A program made the position numbers and the translations under genes. From an uncultured Clostridia bacterium (lineage in GTDB: Bacteria; Bacillota; Clostridia; TANB77; CAG-508), in assembly GCA_934167225.1 (NCBI GenBank), contig CAKPLD010000002.1, forward strand, positions 8,261 through 72,260: 64,000 bases of DNA, given 5' to 3'. Positions 31,201 through 41,301 of the stretch are shown piece after piece. The notes under the pieces were generated by a model. It made no database searches and was not told the origin of the DNA. It saw only the letters and a list, made by a program, of their open reading frames with translations. Each line of letters opens with the position of its first letter. The stretch's first letter is position 1.

Positions 31201-32719
31201 TTAGGTGTCTATAAATTGAATTCGTTCGAGGTTTTTGTAGGCGGGGTCGTAGATATTTTGGCCTGTGTAGTCAAATCTTGAACCATGACAGGGACAGTCC
31301 CAAGTTTTGTCTAAATTGTTCCAGGTAAGTAAGCAACCTAAATGTGTGCAGTTGGGTTTTACGGCGTAAATATTACCGGAAGTATCTTTGTAAATACCAA
31401 TATCCATGCCATTTAAGCTGATAATTGCACCATTATCATTTTTTATTTGGGCAATGTTTTCTTGTGGGATATTAATTTTATTTGTAACAAAAGATTTAAA
31501 AACTTGCTCAGTCATATTTTTTAATTCGTCTCGGTTTTTTAAAGGTTTGAATCTTCGAGAGTTGAAAACGAAAGCAAATTTGTTTTCTTTACCGAGTATA
31601 TCGTCGGTTATAATATTTGCAGAAACATTAGAAGATGTTATTCCCCATTTATTAAAACCTGTTGCTACATATACACCATTAAGAGATGATGAATATGAGC
31701 CTATATAGGGAATTTTATCTAGGGAAATACAGTCTCTGGTGTTCCATCTATATAAAATTTCTGAATGGGGATAATGTTTAAAAACAACGTTTTCCAAGGC
31801 TTTATAAGTGCTTTTATTATCTGGGGCGAATCCTGTTTTATGGTCACTGCCTGCAACAATAAGTATTTTTTTATCTTGAAAATTTGCAGTTCTAAAAGAA
31901 TAGATTGGTTGGCTAGGATTAATATACATTCCATCAAAAAGTTGCGAATGAGTATCCACAGCTATGGCATACGATGTAGATTGATACATTTTGGCAAAAT
32001 AAAATCCGAGATAATTTTTTAAATGGATAGTGTGTGGCAACAATTAACCTTGAAGATTTTATTTCGTAATTATTTACATAGGTAATATAATTTTCACCAA
32101 CTTTTTCAAAATTAGAAGCAGTAGAGTTTTCAAAAATTAATGAATTATTTTTTTGAATTGCATTTGCAAGTCCAAACATAAACTTTACAGAATTGAATTG
32201 AGCTTGTTTTTCAGTTTTTATTGCACCTCTTATTTTAAAAGGTAAACCACAATCTGTTACAAACTCGGGAGATTCACCTAAGTTTTGTAAAGCCTTTATT
32301 TCCGCATGGATTTTGGTCAATTCATTTTGATTTGTTGTGTAAACATAATTAGGAAGAAATTCAAAATCACATTCAATATTTTCATCATCAATTATATTTT
32401 TTATGTTTCCAATTGCCTCTTTATTTGCAGTAAGGTAAGCCTTAGCAAATTTTTCCCCATATGAATGAATTAAATAATCATATATTAAATTGTGTTGATA
32501 AGTAATTTTGCCAGTTGTATTACCACTAGCTTTTTGACCAATTTTATCTTTATCAACAATAATTACGTTAAATCCTAATCTAGATAGATAATATCCGCAA
32601 CTTAATCCAGTTAAACCTGCACCAATAATGCAAATATCGCACTTGTGGTTTTCATCAATTTTATTAAAACTAACTTGTTTATTTATTGAATTTTGCCAGT
32701 AAGAAGACAATATAATCAC
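31201..32719 (-). CDS. FAD-dependent oxidoreductase fused to a C-terminal Rieske [2Fe-2S] domain; interrupted by a +1 break at in-frame CGG (minus-strand codon 32008-32006)
   Basis: The N-terminal ORF carries the dinucleotide-binding motif DICIIGAGLTGLSCG. The junction reads AAA AAA TTA TCT CGG ATT. Skipping the C gives ...THYPFKKLS-GFYFAKMYQSTSYAIAV, continuing into the 280-aa ORF that ends with the Rieske motif CTHLGC...CPCHGS. Confidence 0.8.
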
Positions 32720-32956
32720 ATCCTTTTATAGTAGTGTACAACAAAAAAGAAAAAATATTCAAAAAAAGAACAAATATAAAAAATATCAAGAAAATACGCG
32801 TTTTTGTTGAATTTTGTCGAACGATTTATGTTGACATTTGTGGGATTTATGATATAATTTTTACATTAAATCGATTTGATAAACGAAAAATTTTTATATT
32901 CCTATATATTTTTATTTTACATCTGAATATCATAATGCAAAGAAAGAAGGTAGATT

Positions 32957-33334
32957 ATGGAGAAAATAATGTTAGAACAATTTATGAACTTATCAAAACA
33001 AATAGGCGAACTCGGGGCTAGAATGGAAGAAGGATTTAAAAGGCAAGATGAAAAAATGACAGCAATGGAAACAAGGCTAAATGAGAGAATTGATAATGTA
33101 GAAGAAAAATTAAATGCAAAGATCGATAATTTTGAAAGTAACTTAAATGCAAAGATCGATAATTTTGAAAGTAACTTAAATGCAAAAATTGATAGAGTAG
33201 AAGAAAAATTAAGCACAAAAATCGATAATGTAGAGAAAAAAATAAATGCAAATATGTCGCAAAATATCAAGGATACTGCGGAAATGTTTACAGAGGTATT
33301 TAAAGAAATCGAAAAAGTAGGAAATAATTATTAG
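32957..33334 (+). CDS. Small coiled-coil protein with 11-residue repeats
   Basis: 125 aa containing repeated (L/V)xxKIDNxExxL units. Includes an exact 33-bp tandem duplication at 33110-33175. Confidence 0.5.
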   Translation: MEKIMLEQFMNLSKQIGELGARMEEGFKRQDEKMTAMETRLNERIDNVEEKLNAKIDNFESNLNAKIDNFESNLNAKIDRVEEKLSTKIDNVEKKINANMSQNIKDTAEMFTEVFKEIEKVGNNY

Positions 33335-33397
33335 TAAAAGTAGTAAAAAACAAACTAAAGTGTTATAATAAGAAAAAAACAAAAGGAGGAAATAGAT

Positions 33398-34798
33398 TTG
33401 AACGAAAATCAAAGAAAAGAATTACTAAACGAAAAACAATCAGGATGGTTAGAAACTGATGAAGAAAAATTTGGAAAAATATTTGAATTTTGTAATGGTT
33501 ACATGGAATTTTTAAATCGTTCCAAAATCGAAAGAGAATTTGCAGAAAATGCAAGAAAACTAGCAGAAGAACATGGATTTAGAGATGTAAACAGTGTAGA
33601 AAAATTAAATGCAGGAGACAAAGTATATTTTGTAAACAGGGAAAAAAGTGTATATTTAGCCGTAATAGGAGAACAAAAACTAGAAAAAGGTTTACACATA
33701 GTAGGAGCACATATAGACTCTCCACGTTTAGATTTAAAACCAAATCCATTATACGAAGATGGGGAACTTGCCTATTTTAACACACATTATTATGGAGGAA
33801 TAAAAAAATACCAATGGACAACAATACCATTAAGTATACATGGAGTAATGATAAAAGCAAATGGAGAAAAAATAACAATAAATATTGGAGAAGATGAAAC
33901 AGACCCAATATTCACAATAACAGACTTATTACCACATTTAGCAAAAGAGCAATCAGCAAAGAAATTAGGAGAAGCAATAGAAGGAGAAAATTTAGATCTA
34001 CTAGTTGGAAGTATTCCAATTTTAGATGATGAAGCAAAGCAAAAGGTAAAATTAAATATATTAAAAATATTAAACGAAAAATATGGAATAACAGAAAAAG
34101 ACTTTGTAAGTTCAGAATTAGAACTAGTACCAGCATTCAAAGCTCGTTCTCTAGGTTTTGATTATGGAATGGTAGCAGCTTATGGACAAGATGATAAAGT
34201 ATGTAGTTATACAGCATTAAAAGCATTAATGGAAATAGAAAGACCTCAAAAAACAGCAATATGCATTCTTTCTGATAAAGAAGAAATAGGAAGTGTAGGA
34301 AATACTGGTATGGAATCACATGTATTTGATTACTTTATATCAGAACTATTAAACAAAACAGGAGAAAACAGAGTAAATTTATTAGACAAAGTATTTTGTT
34401 ACTCAAAAATGTTATCATCAGATGTTGATGCAGGATTTGATCCATTATATGCATCTGTTTCAGACAGAAACAACTGTGGATATTTATCAAAAGGTATAAC
34501 TTTAAATAAATATACTGGTTCAAGAGGAAAATCGGGAGCTTCAGATGCAAATGCCGAATTTGTAGCTTGGGTCAGAAATCTTTTTGAAACAAACAATATA
34601 AAATACCAAGTGTCAGAACTTGGAAAAGTAGATGTTGGCGGTGGAGGAACAATTGCTTACATTTTAGCAAATAAAGGTGTAGATGTAATAGATTGTGGAG
34701 TTCCTGTTTTATCAATGCATGCTCCTTACGAAGTTACAAGTAAGTTTGATATTTTCGAAGCTTATAGAGCTTATAAAGCTTTTTGGAATAAGGATTAA
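33398..34798 (+). CDS. M18-family aminopeptidase
   Basis: TTG start with AAAGGAGG upstream. Contains IVGAHIDSPRLDLKPNP, GQDDKVCSY, SDKEEIGS and VLSMHAPYE, typical of M18 aminopeptidase 1. Confidence 0.8.
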   Translation: MNENQRKELLNEKQSGWLETDEEKFGKIFEFCNGYMEFLNRSKIEREFAENARKLAEEHGFRDVNSVEKLNAGDKVYFVNREKSVYLAVIGEQKLEKGLHIVGAHIDSPRLDLKPNPLYEDGELAYFNTHYYGGIKKYQWTTIPLSIHGVMIKANGEKITINIGEDETDPIFTITDLLPHLAKEQSAKKLGEAIEGENLDLLVGSIPILDDEAKQKVKLNILKILNEKYGITEKDFVSSELELVPAFKARSLGFDYGMVAAYGQDDKVCSYTALKALMEIERPQKTAICILSDKEEIGSVGNTGMESHVFDYFISELLNKTGENRVNLLDKVFCYSKMLSSDVDAGFDPLYASVSDRNNCGYLSKGITLNKYTGSRGKSGASDANAEFVAWVRNLFETNNIKYQVSELGKVDVGGGGTIAYILANKGVDVIDCGVPVLSMHAPYEVTSKFDIFEAYRAYKAFWNKD

Positions 34799-34826
34799 AA
34801 TAAAAAATGTAGATGAAAATTGAGTT

Positions 34827-35567
34827 TCATCTACATTTATTTACTTCTTTGCTAATCTGGTCAATTAACTCTATAAAATCACTTAATTTAATATCTAATC
34901 GTAATTGGCATTTTTTAAATACAGAAACCAAAGCATCTAAATTATTAGTAGTTTGAGCTTGATATAAGCTACGTCTATATTCAGTATTATACTCATTATC
35001 AATAGCAATGAGATCAACATCGTTTTCTATACATTGTTTTAAAATAATAAATCTACCTATACGGCCATTACCATCTTGAAAAGGATGAATTTGTTCGAAT
35101 TTTTGATGAAAATTAGCAATAGCAAATATATCTTTTTTACTTTCTTTCCAATCTTCTAAAAGATTAAAAATATTATTTTCAACTAAATGAGGTTCACACA
35201 ATTTTAAATCCGTTTTTGAAAGTCTATTTGAATATTTTTTCCATTTACCAATATTATCTATCTCATCATCAATGGTTCCTTTTTTTAATATTCGATGCCA
35301 TTCCCATAATAAATATTTGTCTAAGGGGTCGCCTAAGGTATTTATTACTATATCAAATAATTCTAATGAATTTGTTGTTTCAATGACATCGTCTAGAAAA
35401 TGTTCACCAATTACTTTCTTTTGTTCTAACAAATCGGCTAAATTATCTCTACTAAAAGTACTGCCTTCAAGTTTATTGGAATGATATAAATATTCTATTT
35501 TTATGGCGTCATAAACGGAATTTTTAATTTTTGATAATTTTTGCATTGTTTTTATATTTATTTTCAT
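34827..35567 (-). CDS. Fic/DOC-family protein (putative AMPylase)
   Basis: Fic motif HPFQDGNGRIGR. An upstream SNKLEG matches the [ST]xxxE[GN] auto-inhibitory helix pattern. Confidence 0.85.
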   Translation of the reverse strand: MKINIKTMQKLSKIKNSVYDAIKIEYLYHSNKLEGSTFSRDNLADLLEQKKVIGEHFLDDVIETTNSLELFDIVINTLGDPLDKYLLWEWHRILKKGTIDDEIDNIGKWKKYSNRLSKTDLKLCEPHLVENNIFNLLEDWKESKKDIFAIANFHQKFEQIHPFQDGNGRIGRFIILKQCIENDVDLIAIDNEYNTEYRRSLYQAQTTNNLDALVSVFKKCQLRLDIKLSDFIELIDQISKEVNKCR

Positions 35568-35634
35568 GGAAACACCTCGTTTTATTAAAATTCCCCCTCA
35601 ACAAAATTAAGATATTTTGTTGAGGGGGTATATA

Positions 35635-35711
<77 letters not shown>

Positions 35712-35918
35712 ATATCAAATCAACAGAACTATAATAACATAAAAAAGTAAAGTTGTCAATAAAAAATGCTAAAAAAATACAAGTTTTAAGTTAACATAAA
35801 AGGTTAAAGCAAATGTCTGTAAAAAATGACTATAAAAAGAAATTTATTAAGGTCATACTAAAATTATTATAAATATGTTACATAGTATCTATTCATAGTT
35901 GATTTGTATCAATATAAA

Positions 35919-36194
35919 TTAAATCATATTTTCATCTTTTAGATCTTTTAAAAAATCTGCTAAAAATTCTTCAACTGGAACATTGAATATGATTGATAAA
36001 CCAAATAGTTCATAGTCTTTTAAAATACGATTGCCTGTTTCTAATTTGTGGAGTGAAGGCTTTGAAATATCGATACCAATAAGCGCTAATTTTGTTGATA
36101 AATCAGAAAGAGATAATTTATTTTTCATACGTAATTCTTTAATTTTTTTTCCTGTTACGTTTAAACGTTCATTATATTTACTGCATTGATACAT
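35919..36194 (-). CDS. XRE-family helix-turn-helix regulator
   Basis: 91 aa with LSLSDLSTKLALIGIDISKPSLHKLETG as the HTH. Confidence 0.8.
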   Translation of the reverse strand: MYQCSKYNERLNVTGKKIKELRMKNKLSLSDLSTKLALIGIDISKPSLHKLETGNRILKDYELFGLSIIFNVPVEEFLADFLKDLKDENMI

Positions 36195-36256
36195 TTTATT
36201 TTGATCCTTTTCTATATATTTTTAATTTTTATTTTATACAATTATTAAAATTATAT

Positions 36257-36273
36257 GTATCTACTAGCGATAC
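36257..36273. promoter_or_regulatory. Palindromic operator-like site GTATC-N7-GATAC (copy 1)
   Basis: gtatctactagcgatac, 63 bp upstream of the XRE start codon. Confidence 0.5.
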
Positions 36274-36351
36274 AACGATATATATTATTGGTTATTTTAA
36301 GTATCAAAAATTATATAAATTTACATAAAATACTAAAAAATCAAAAAAGTG

Positions 36352-36408
36352 TTGACAAAAGTTTAAAAATGGTGTATTCTAATAATGAAACGTATCCACT
36401 GACGATAC
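36352..36408 (+). promoter_or_regulatory. Promoter plus palindromic operator-like site GTATC-N7-GATAC (copy 2)
   Basis: TTGACA 36352-36357, 17-nt spacer, TATTCT 36375-36380. It is followed immediately by gtatccactgacgatac (36392-36408), around the predicted transcript start. Confidence 0.5.
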
Positions 36409-36545
36409 GAAAACACAAAAAAGAAAAAATTCTAATGGATAAAAATAAGAGATGAATTATATTTGTTATTTGTATTCAAAAAGTAGCTACTAAAAAAATT
36501 ACAGTTGAGAAATTGAAAATGTGAATTTATTAAGGAGGATATTGT

Positions 36546-37310
36546 ATGAAAGATGAAAGAGAAAGGCAAATAAGGAGAATATTGAATAAGTATGAATGTA
36601 TGGGTAGGGCTGGTGAAGGTGAACGTTTTCGAGTTCATTATCAAAAAGATGGAGCTTCAAATGAGGTCGGTTATGTATGCGGAACAATTGACAGAGAAAA
36701 AAATGGAGATATGATAGACGAGTTGGAAGAGCTTGGATTTAAAGTTATGTATCCAATGGGTTTAAAACCAAACCTTTTAGCAAATAAAAAAGAAGATGAA
36801 AAAGAAGAATTAGTAAATATTTTGATACATAACAGTCAAAGGACGAGTGCATTGATTGTAGATAGAAATGAACAACACCATACAGCGGAGCTTCTAAATA
36901 CAATTATGAGCCACTATCAATGGGGGTTACGTTTATATGCTGGGTATGGATTGGCAGGCCAAGGAGCGAAAAATGCTACAAAAGAAGGCAGATATAGACC
37001 ATTACTTGATAGTCGTAGTGAGGATAATATTTTTTACAGAAGCGATCCGAGATTGATTGACGAGGGTATGGGATTTGAAGAAAGATTAGAAAGCGTCGGT
37101 TTTGATTGTAAATGGGCAGATGATAGAGGAGCGCGATTTAAAGTAAAAACAGATGACAATATTAAAATACAGAAAGTTGATCAATCTAGTTTCAAAAAAG
37201 CTTATTATAAAGCAAAAACGACTATAAAAGATGTTTTTAATAAAATAAAAAATTTAAAACAAAGGGATAAACAGGAAACAGTTAAAGGAACAGAAGAAAT
37301 TGAGAGGTAG
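36546..37310 (+). CDS. Hypothetical protein (no family recognised)
   Basis: 254-aa ORF with AAGGAGG upstream. It looks visibly more GC-rich than its surroundings. Confidence 0.55.
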   Translation: MKDERERQIRRILNKYECMGRAGEGERFRVHYQKDGASNEVGYVCGTIDREKNGDMIDELEELGFKVMYPMGLKPNLLANKKEDEKEELVNILIHNSQRTSALIVDRNEQHHTAELLNTIMSHYQWGLRLYAGYGLAGQGAKNATKEGRYRPLLDSRSEDNIFYRSDPRLIDEGMGFEERLESVGFDCKWADDRGARFKVKTDDNIKIQKVDQSSFKKAYYKAKTTIKDVFNKIKNLKQRDKQETVKGTEEIER

Positions 37311-37319
37311 GTGTTACAT

Positions 37320-37745
37320 ATGAAAGAAAATTATGCAATAGCATTTAGAGAAGTAATAGAGGTATTAGCTAATTCTAGTAGTGATATAGTCGAGAAAATA
37401 CCGAAGTCATTTATGAATTTTTTATTGGAAAATTGTGATAAAGATTATATTCCAGTTATTAATTTTTGCGATGATTTTTGGGAAGATAATTTAAGAGAAG
37501 AGACACAAGCTATTTTAGCTCTAATTTATAGAGATTATATTGTAGATAAAGAAATGAGAAAAGAATTATTGACTCAAGAGGAAAAAGAATATAACGATAA
37601 ATATAATGTAGAAAACTTATTTAAAAAAGAAATAAAAAAAGAAAATAATCAAAATGAAAATAATACAGCATTAGTTGAAGTAAAAAAAACAGCCTGGTAT
37701 AAAAAAATATATAATAAATTATTACAAATATTTGGAAAAAAATAG
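37320..37745 (+). CDS. Hypothetical protein
   Basis: ATG at 37320 with AGGTG 8 nt upstream; the track start GTG at 37311 is less likely. Adjacent to the previous ORF. Confidence 0.5.
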   Translation: MKENYAIAFREVIEVLANSSSDIVEKIPKSFMNFLLENCDKDYIPVINFCDDFWEDNLREETQAILALIYRDYIVDKEMRKELLTQEEKEYNDKYNVENLFKKEIKKENNQNENNTALVEVKKTAWYKKIYNKLLQIFGKK

Positions 37746-37768
37746 TAAAGAAATAAAGTTAATAAAAA

Positions 37769-37807
37769 TAGCGAATTAGAAAATGAATTTTGCTAATTCA
37801 CTATTTT
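37769..37807 (+). terminator. Intrinsic terminator
   Basis: Stem tagcgaattag/ctaattcacta (10 of 11 pairs) plus TTTT. Confidence 0.6.
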
Positions 37808-37894
37808 GTTTCAAAAATCTTAAGCTCTACCTAAGATAACACTACAATGAAAATACAACAACCAATAAATCTATAAAAACCAATATTTATCCAA

Positions 37895-37936
37895 AACGCC
37901 CGAAATCTAAAAATCCCTAGATTTCAGGCGTTTTTT
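37895..37936 (+). terminator. Strong orphan intrinsic terminator
   Basis: Stem aacgcccgaaatcta/tagatttcaggcgtt (one mismatch) plus a T6 run. There is no ORF between it and the previous terminator. Confidence 0.65.
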
Positions 37937-38061
37937 CATTCCTAAAAAACACCTATCCCAAAATATTGTGAACTTTCTGTGAAAAACATTTACAACCAAA
38001 GCCATAAATGATAATATAATAATGTTAAATCAAAGAAAAAATAAATAAGGAGGAACCACCC

Positions 38062-39006
38062 GTGATTGAGGTAAAAAATGTCACAAAAAAATACGGAAGC
38101 TTTGTAGCCGTAGACGATATCAGCTTTACTATAAAAGACGGAGAAGTTGTAGGATTCCTAGGACCAAATGGAGCAGGAAAAAGTACAACAATGAACATGA
38201 TAACAGGTTATATTGAGCAAACAGAAGGAAACATTATAGTAGATGGCTATGATACAATAAAAAAATCAAAAAAAGCAAAGAAAGAAATAGGTTATATGCC
38301 AGAAGGAGTACCATTATATACAGATTTAACAGTAAAAGAATTTGTAACATACATGGCAGAACTAAGAAAAGTAGACAAAAAGACCAAAAAAGAAAAAGTA
38401 CAAAATGTGCTTAAAGAAACTGGGCTAGACCAAATTCAAAACAAACTAATAAAAAACTTATCAAGAGGACAAAAACAAAGAGTAAGTTTAGCAGGAACAT
38501 TAGTTGCAGATCCAAAAATACTAATACTAGATGAACCAACAGTAGGACTAGATCCAAAACAAATTACGGAAATAAGAAGTTTAATAAAAAATCTAGGAAA
38601 AAAACACACCGTAATATTAAGCTCTCACATTTTGTCAGAAGTAAGCCAAATATGTGACAGAGTAATAATAATAAATAAAGGAAAAATAGTAGCAGTAGAT
38701 ACGCCTGAAAACCTAGAAAAGAAAGTATCAGACAATAATATTGTTTATGTAACAGTAGAAGACAAAGAAGGCAAAGTAGCAAGTATGAAAGAAAAAATAG
38801 CAGGAATAAAAGAAATAAAACTAGTAAAAGAAAACGAAGACAAAACAAAACAATATGAAATAATAGGAGAAAACAACATAAATCTAAACAAAACAATATT
38901 TAGTGAATTTGCAAAAGAAAATATTACAATAGTAGAAATGAAAAAAGCAGAAGCAACACTTGAAGATGCATTTATGAAAATAATAAAAGAAGGAGGAGAT
39001 AAATAA
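38062..39006 (+). CDS. ABC transporter ATP-binding protein (ABC-2/GldA-like)
   Basis: GTG start after AAGGAGG. Walker A is GPNGAGKST, the signature is LSRGQKQR, and Walker B is ILILDEPT. Confidence 0.9.
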   Translation: MIEVKNVTKKYGSFVAVDDISFTIKDGEVVGFLGPNGAGKSTTMNMITGYIEQTEGNIIVDGYDTIKKSKKAKKEIGYMPEGVPLYTDLTVKEFVTYMAELRKVDKKTKKEKVQNVLKETGLDQIQNKLIKNLSRGQKQRVSLAGTLVADPKILILDEPTVGLDPKQITEIRSLIKNLGKKHTVILSSHILSEVSQICDRVIIINKGKIVAVDTPENLEKKVSDNNIVYVTVEDKEGKVASMKEKIAGIKEIKLVKENEDKTKQYEIIGENNINLNKTIFSEFAKENITIVEMKKAEATLEDAFMKIIKEGGDK

Positions 39007-39689
39007 TGGGAGCAGTAATAAAAAAAGAACTAAAAAATTACTTCTTATCTCCAATAGGATATGTTGTAATAGGAATATTTTTATTAGCATTTAGTAGTTT
39101 CTTCTTTTTAACTACAATAAATCAATCAAGTATTGATTTAACATATCTATTTTACTATACTGCATTATATGGACTAATGTTTATAGTACCACTTCTTACA
39201 ATGTGGACATTTTCAGGAGAAAGAAAATCAGGAACAGACCAATTACTATTAACATCACCAGTTAGCGTGTTAGGAGTTGTAATTGCAAAATTCCTATCAG
39301 CACTACTTTTAATAGTAATACCAGTTATATGTACATTAATGTATTTTGGAATTTTATGTTTCTTTGAAATGCCAAATGTTCCAATATATTTAACATCAAT
39401 GTTAGGATTTTTACTACTTTCAATGACATATATATCATTTGGAATACTAGCATCAAGCCTTACAGAATCACCAATAATTGCAGGAATAGTAACTTTTGGA
39501 TTTGTATTTGCAGCAACATGGGTTCCATATTTAGTAGATAGTTTATCAAATTTATCATTAATGGATCAATTTATAAATTTCCTATATGGACAAATAAATA
39601 TAGGTTCTTGTGTATTATTTGTAACACTAACAATAGCTTGTATTTTAATAACAATGATAATTATGCAAAGAAGAAAAAGCGTAAAATAG
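39006..39689 (+). CDS. ABC-2 type transporter permease (GldF-like)
   Basis: 227 aa with about six hydrophobic helices. Start overlaps the upstream stop (ATAATG). Confidence 0.75.
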   Translation: MGAVIKKELKNYFLSPIGYVVIGIFLLAFSSFFFLTTINQSSIDLTYLFYYTALYGLMFIVPLLTMWTFSGERKSGTDQLLLTSPVSVLGVVIAKFLSALLLIVIPVICTLMYFGILCFFEMPNVPIYLTSMLGFLLLSMTYISFGILASSLTESPIIAGIVTFGFVFAATWVPYLVDSLSNLSLMDQFINFLYGQINIGSCVLFVTLTIACILITMIIMQRRKSVK

Positions 39690-39705
39690 GAAAGGAGTAG
39701 GAAAA

Positions 39706-41256
39706 TTGAAAGAGAAAAAAGAAAAAAAGCTTGAAAAAGATACAAAAAAAGAAAATTCGAGCAAAGAAACATTTGGAACAAAATTTATAAATACAATAAA
39801 AAAGAGATGGCTAATAAGTGGAACAAATACAATTCTATTAATTGCAATATTAATTGCTATAGTAATTTTAATAAATTCAATTGTTCAATCACTTAATTTA
39901 ACAGCAATAGACTGTACATCAAATAAAGAATATACACTAACAAACGAAAGTAAAGAAAGAGTTTCAAACATACAAGAACAAGTAAACATCTATTTTGTAG
40001 GATATGAAGATTCAGAAGCACACGTAAATTTGGCAAAACAATATAATAAAGCAAACAACAAAATAAATGTAGAAGTAATAGATGCAAATTCAAGAACAGA
40101 CATTGCTTCAAAATACAATGTAACAAATGACAGCAAGGCAATAATAGTGGAAAATGGAGATCGTTCAAAAACATTGTATTCAGATGACTTATATACATAT
40201 GATAGTAGCTATCAAACAATAGACTTAACAGAAGAAAAAATAACATCAGCTATTTTAAATGTTACATCAGACAAAATAGCAAAAGTATACTTCTTATCAG
40301 GATACTCTGATTATTCATTAGATTATTCGGGAGGAATGTATTATTTGGCATCATACTTAAAAGATGAAGTTTTAGATTATGAAACTTTAGACCTTCTAGT
40401 AAAAGGTTCAATACCAGACGATTGTGATACATTAGTTATAACTACACCAAATAAAGATTTTGACGAGTTAACAACAAACGAAATTACAAAATACATAAAT
40501 AATGGCGGAAAAATATTATGGTTAAATGCAAGCTATTCAGAACAACAAAATTTACCAAATGTAAACAAAATACTTGCATTATATGGAATAAATCCATTTG
40601 AAGTAGGATATATATACGAAAAAGATAGCAGTAGAACAGCATTAGGATATGCAAGTTGTATAGTAGAGGATTTAGGAACAACAGATGTTGCAAAGAAATT
40701 AGCAAATGCAGTTTTATTAAGCGCAACAAAAATAAATGTAAATAAAGACGAACTAGAAAACCTAGGAGTAGAAGAAGAAGACATAATATCTACATCAACA
40801 ACATCATACTTTAGAAAAGACGTATCAAACTCTTCAAGTAATACAGATGGAGACGAACAAGGCGGATTTACTGTTGGAGGAATCTTTACAAAAACTATAT
40901 CAAACAACACCGATGAAAATACAGATGAAAGTATAGACGAAAATAATGATGAAAACAAAATATCATCAAAACTTATAATATTTGGAGATAATAATTTTGT
41001 ATCAGATTTAACAATACAAAGTAATGTAAACCCAATGGTATTTTTAGCTAATAACAAAGATTTAATGTTAAATTCAATTGCATATTTAACAGATAATGAT
41101 GAAGACATAACAATAAGAAAAGACTACACAAAATCAAGCGATTTTACACCAACAGATGGTCAAAAATTAGTAATAATTAGAATAATATTTATTGTACCAC
41201 TTGCAATAATTTTATTAGGATTTGTTGTAAGACAAGTAAGAAAAAACAAGAAATAA
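39706..41256 (+). CDS. GldG-like auxiliary component of the ABC-2 transporter
   Basis: TTG start after AAGGAG. It has N- and C-terminal TM anchors around a large extracytoplasmic domain (VYFVGYEDS, VYFLSGYSDYSL, LIIFGDNNFVSD), and sits after the ABC ATPase/permease pair. Confidence 0.65.
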   Translation: MKEKKEKKLEKDTKKENSSKETFGTKFINTIKKRWLISGTNTILLIAILIAIVILINSIVQSLNLTAIDCTSNKEYTLTNESKERVSNIQEQVNIYFVGYEDSEAHVNLAKQYNKANNKINVEVIDANSRTDIASKYNVTNDSKAIIVENGDRSKTLYSDDLYTYDSSYQTIDLTEEKITSAILNVTSDKIAKVYFLSGYSDYSLDYSGGMYYLASYLKDEVLDYETLDLLVKGSIPDDCDTLVITTPNKDFDELTTNEITKYINNGGKILWLNASYSEQQNLPNVNKILALYGINPFEVGYIYEKDSSRTALGYASCIVEDLGTTDVAKKLANAVLLSATKINVNKDELENLGVEEEDIISTSTTSYFRKDVSNSSSNTDGDEQGGFTVGGIFTKTISNNTDENTDESIDENNDENKISSKLIIFGDNNFVSDLTIQSNVNPMVFLANNKDLMLNSIAYLTDNDEDITIRKDYTKSSDFTPTDGQKLVIIRIIFIVPLAIILLGFVVRQVRKNKK

Positions 41257-41267
41257 AATCATAAACT

Positions 41268-41301
41268 AAACCCCTGTGTATATAATAATACAGGGGTTTT
41301 T
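41268..41301 (+). terminator. Intrinsic terminator
   Basis: Stem aaacccctgt/acaggggttt plus a T-run that runs directly into the ATG at 41302. Confidence 0.7.

Noticed and set aside
32734-33021. 95-aa ORF upstream of and overlapping the coiled-coil gene.
   Set aside because: It is a low-complexity Lys/Ile/Phe translation of a promoter-like AT-rich intergenic region with no RBS. The ATG at 32957 with a GAAGG-type SD fits the downstream gene.
33110-33175. Exact 33-bp tandem duplication. I checked it as a possible CRISPR or satellite.
   Set aside because: There are only two exact units plus degenerate copies. It lies in-frame within a coiled-coil ORF (11-residue protein repeat) and has no spacers.
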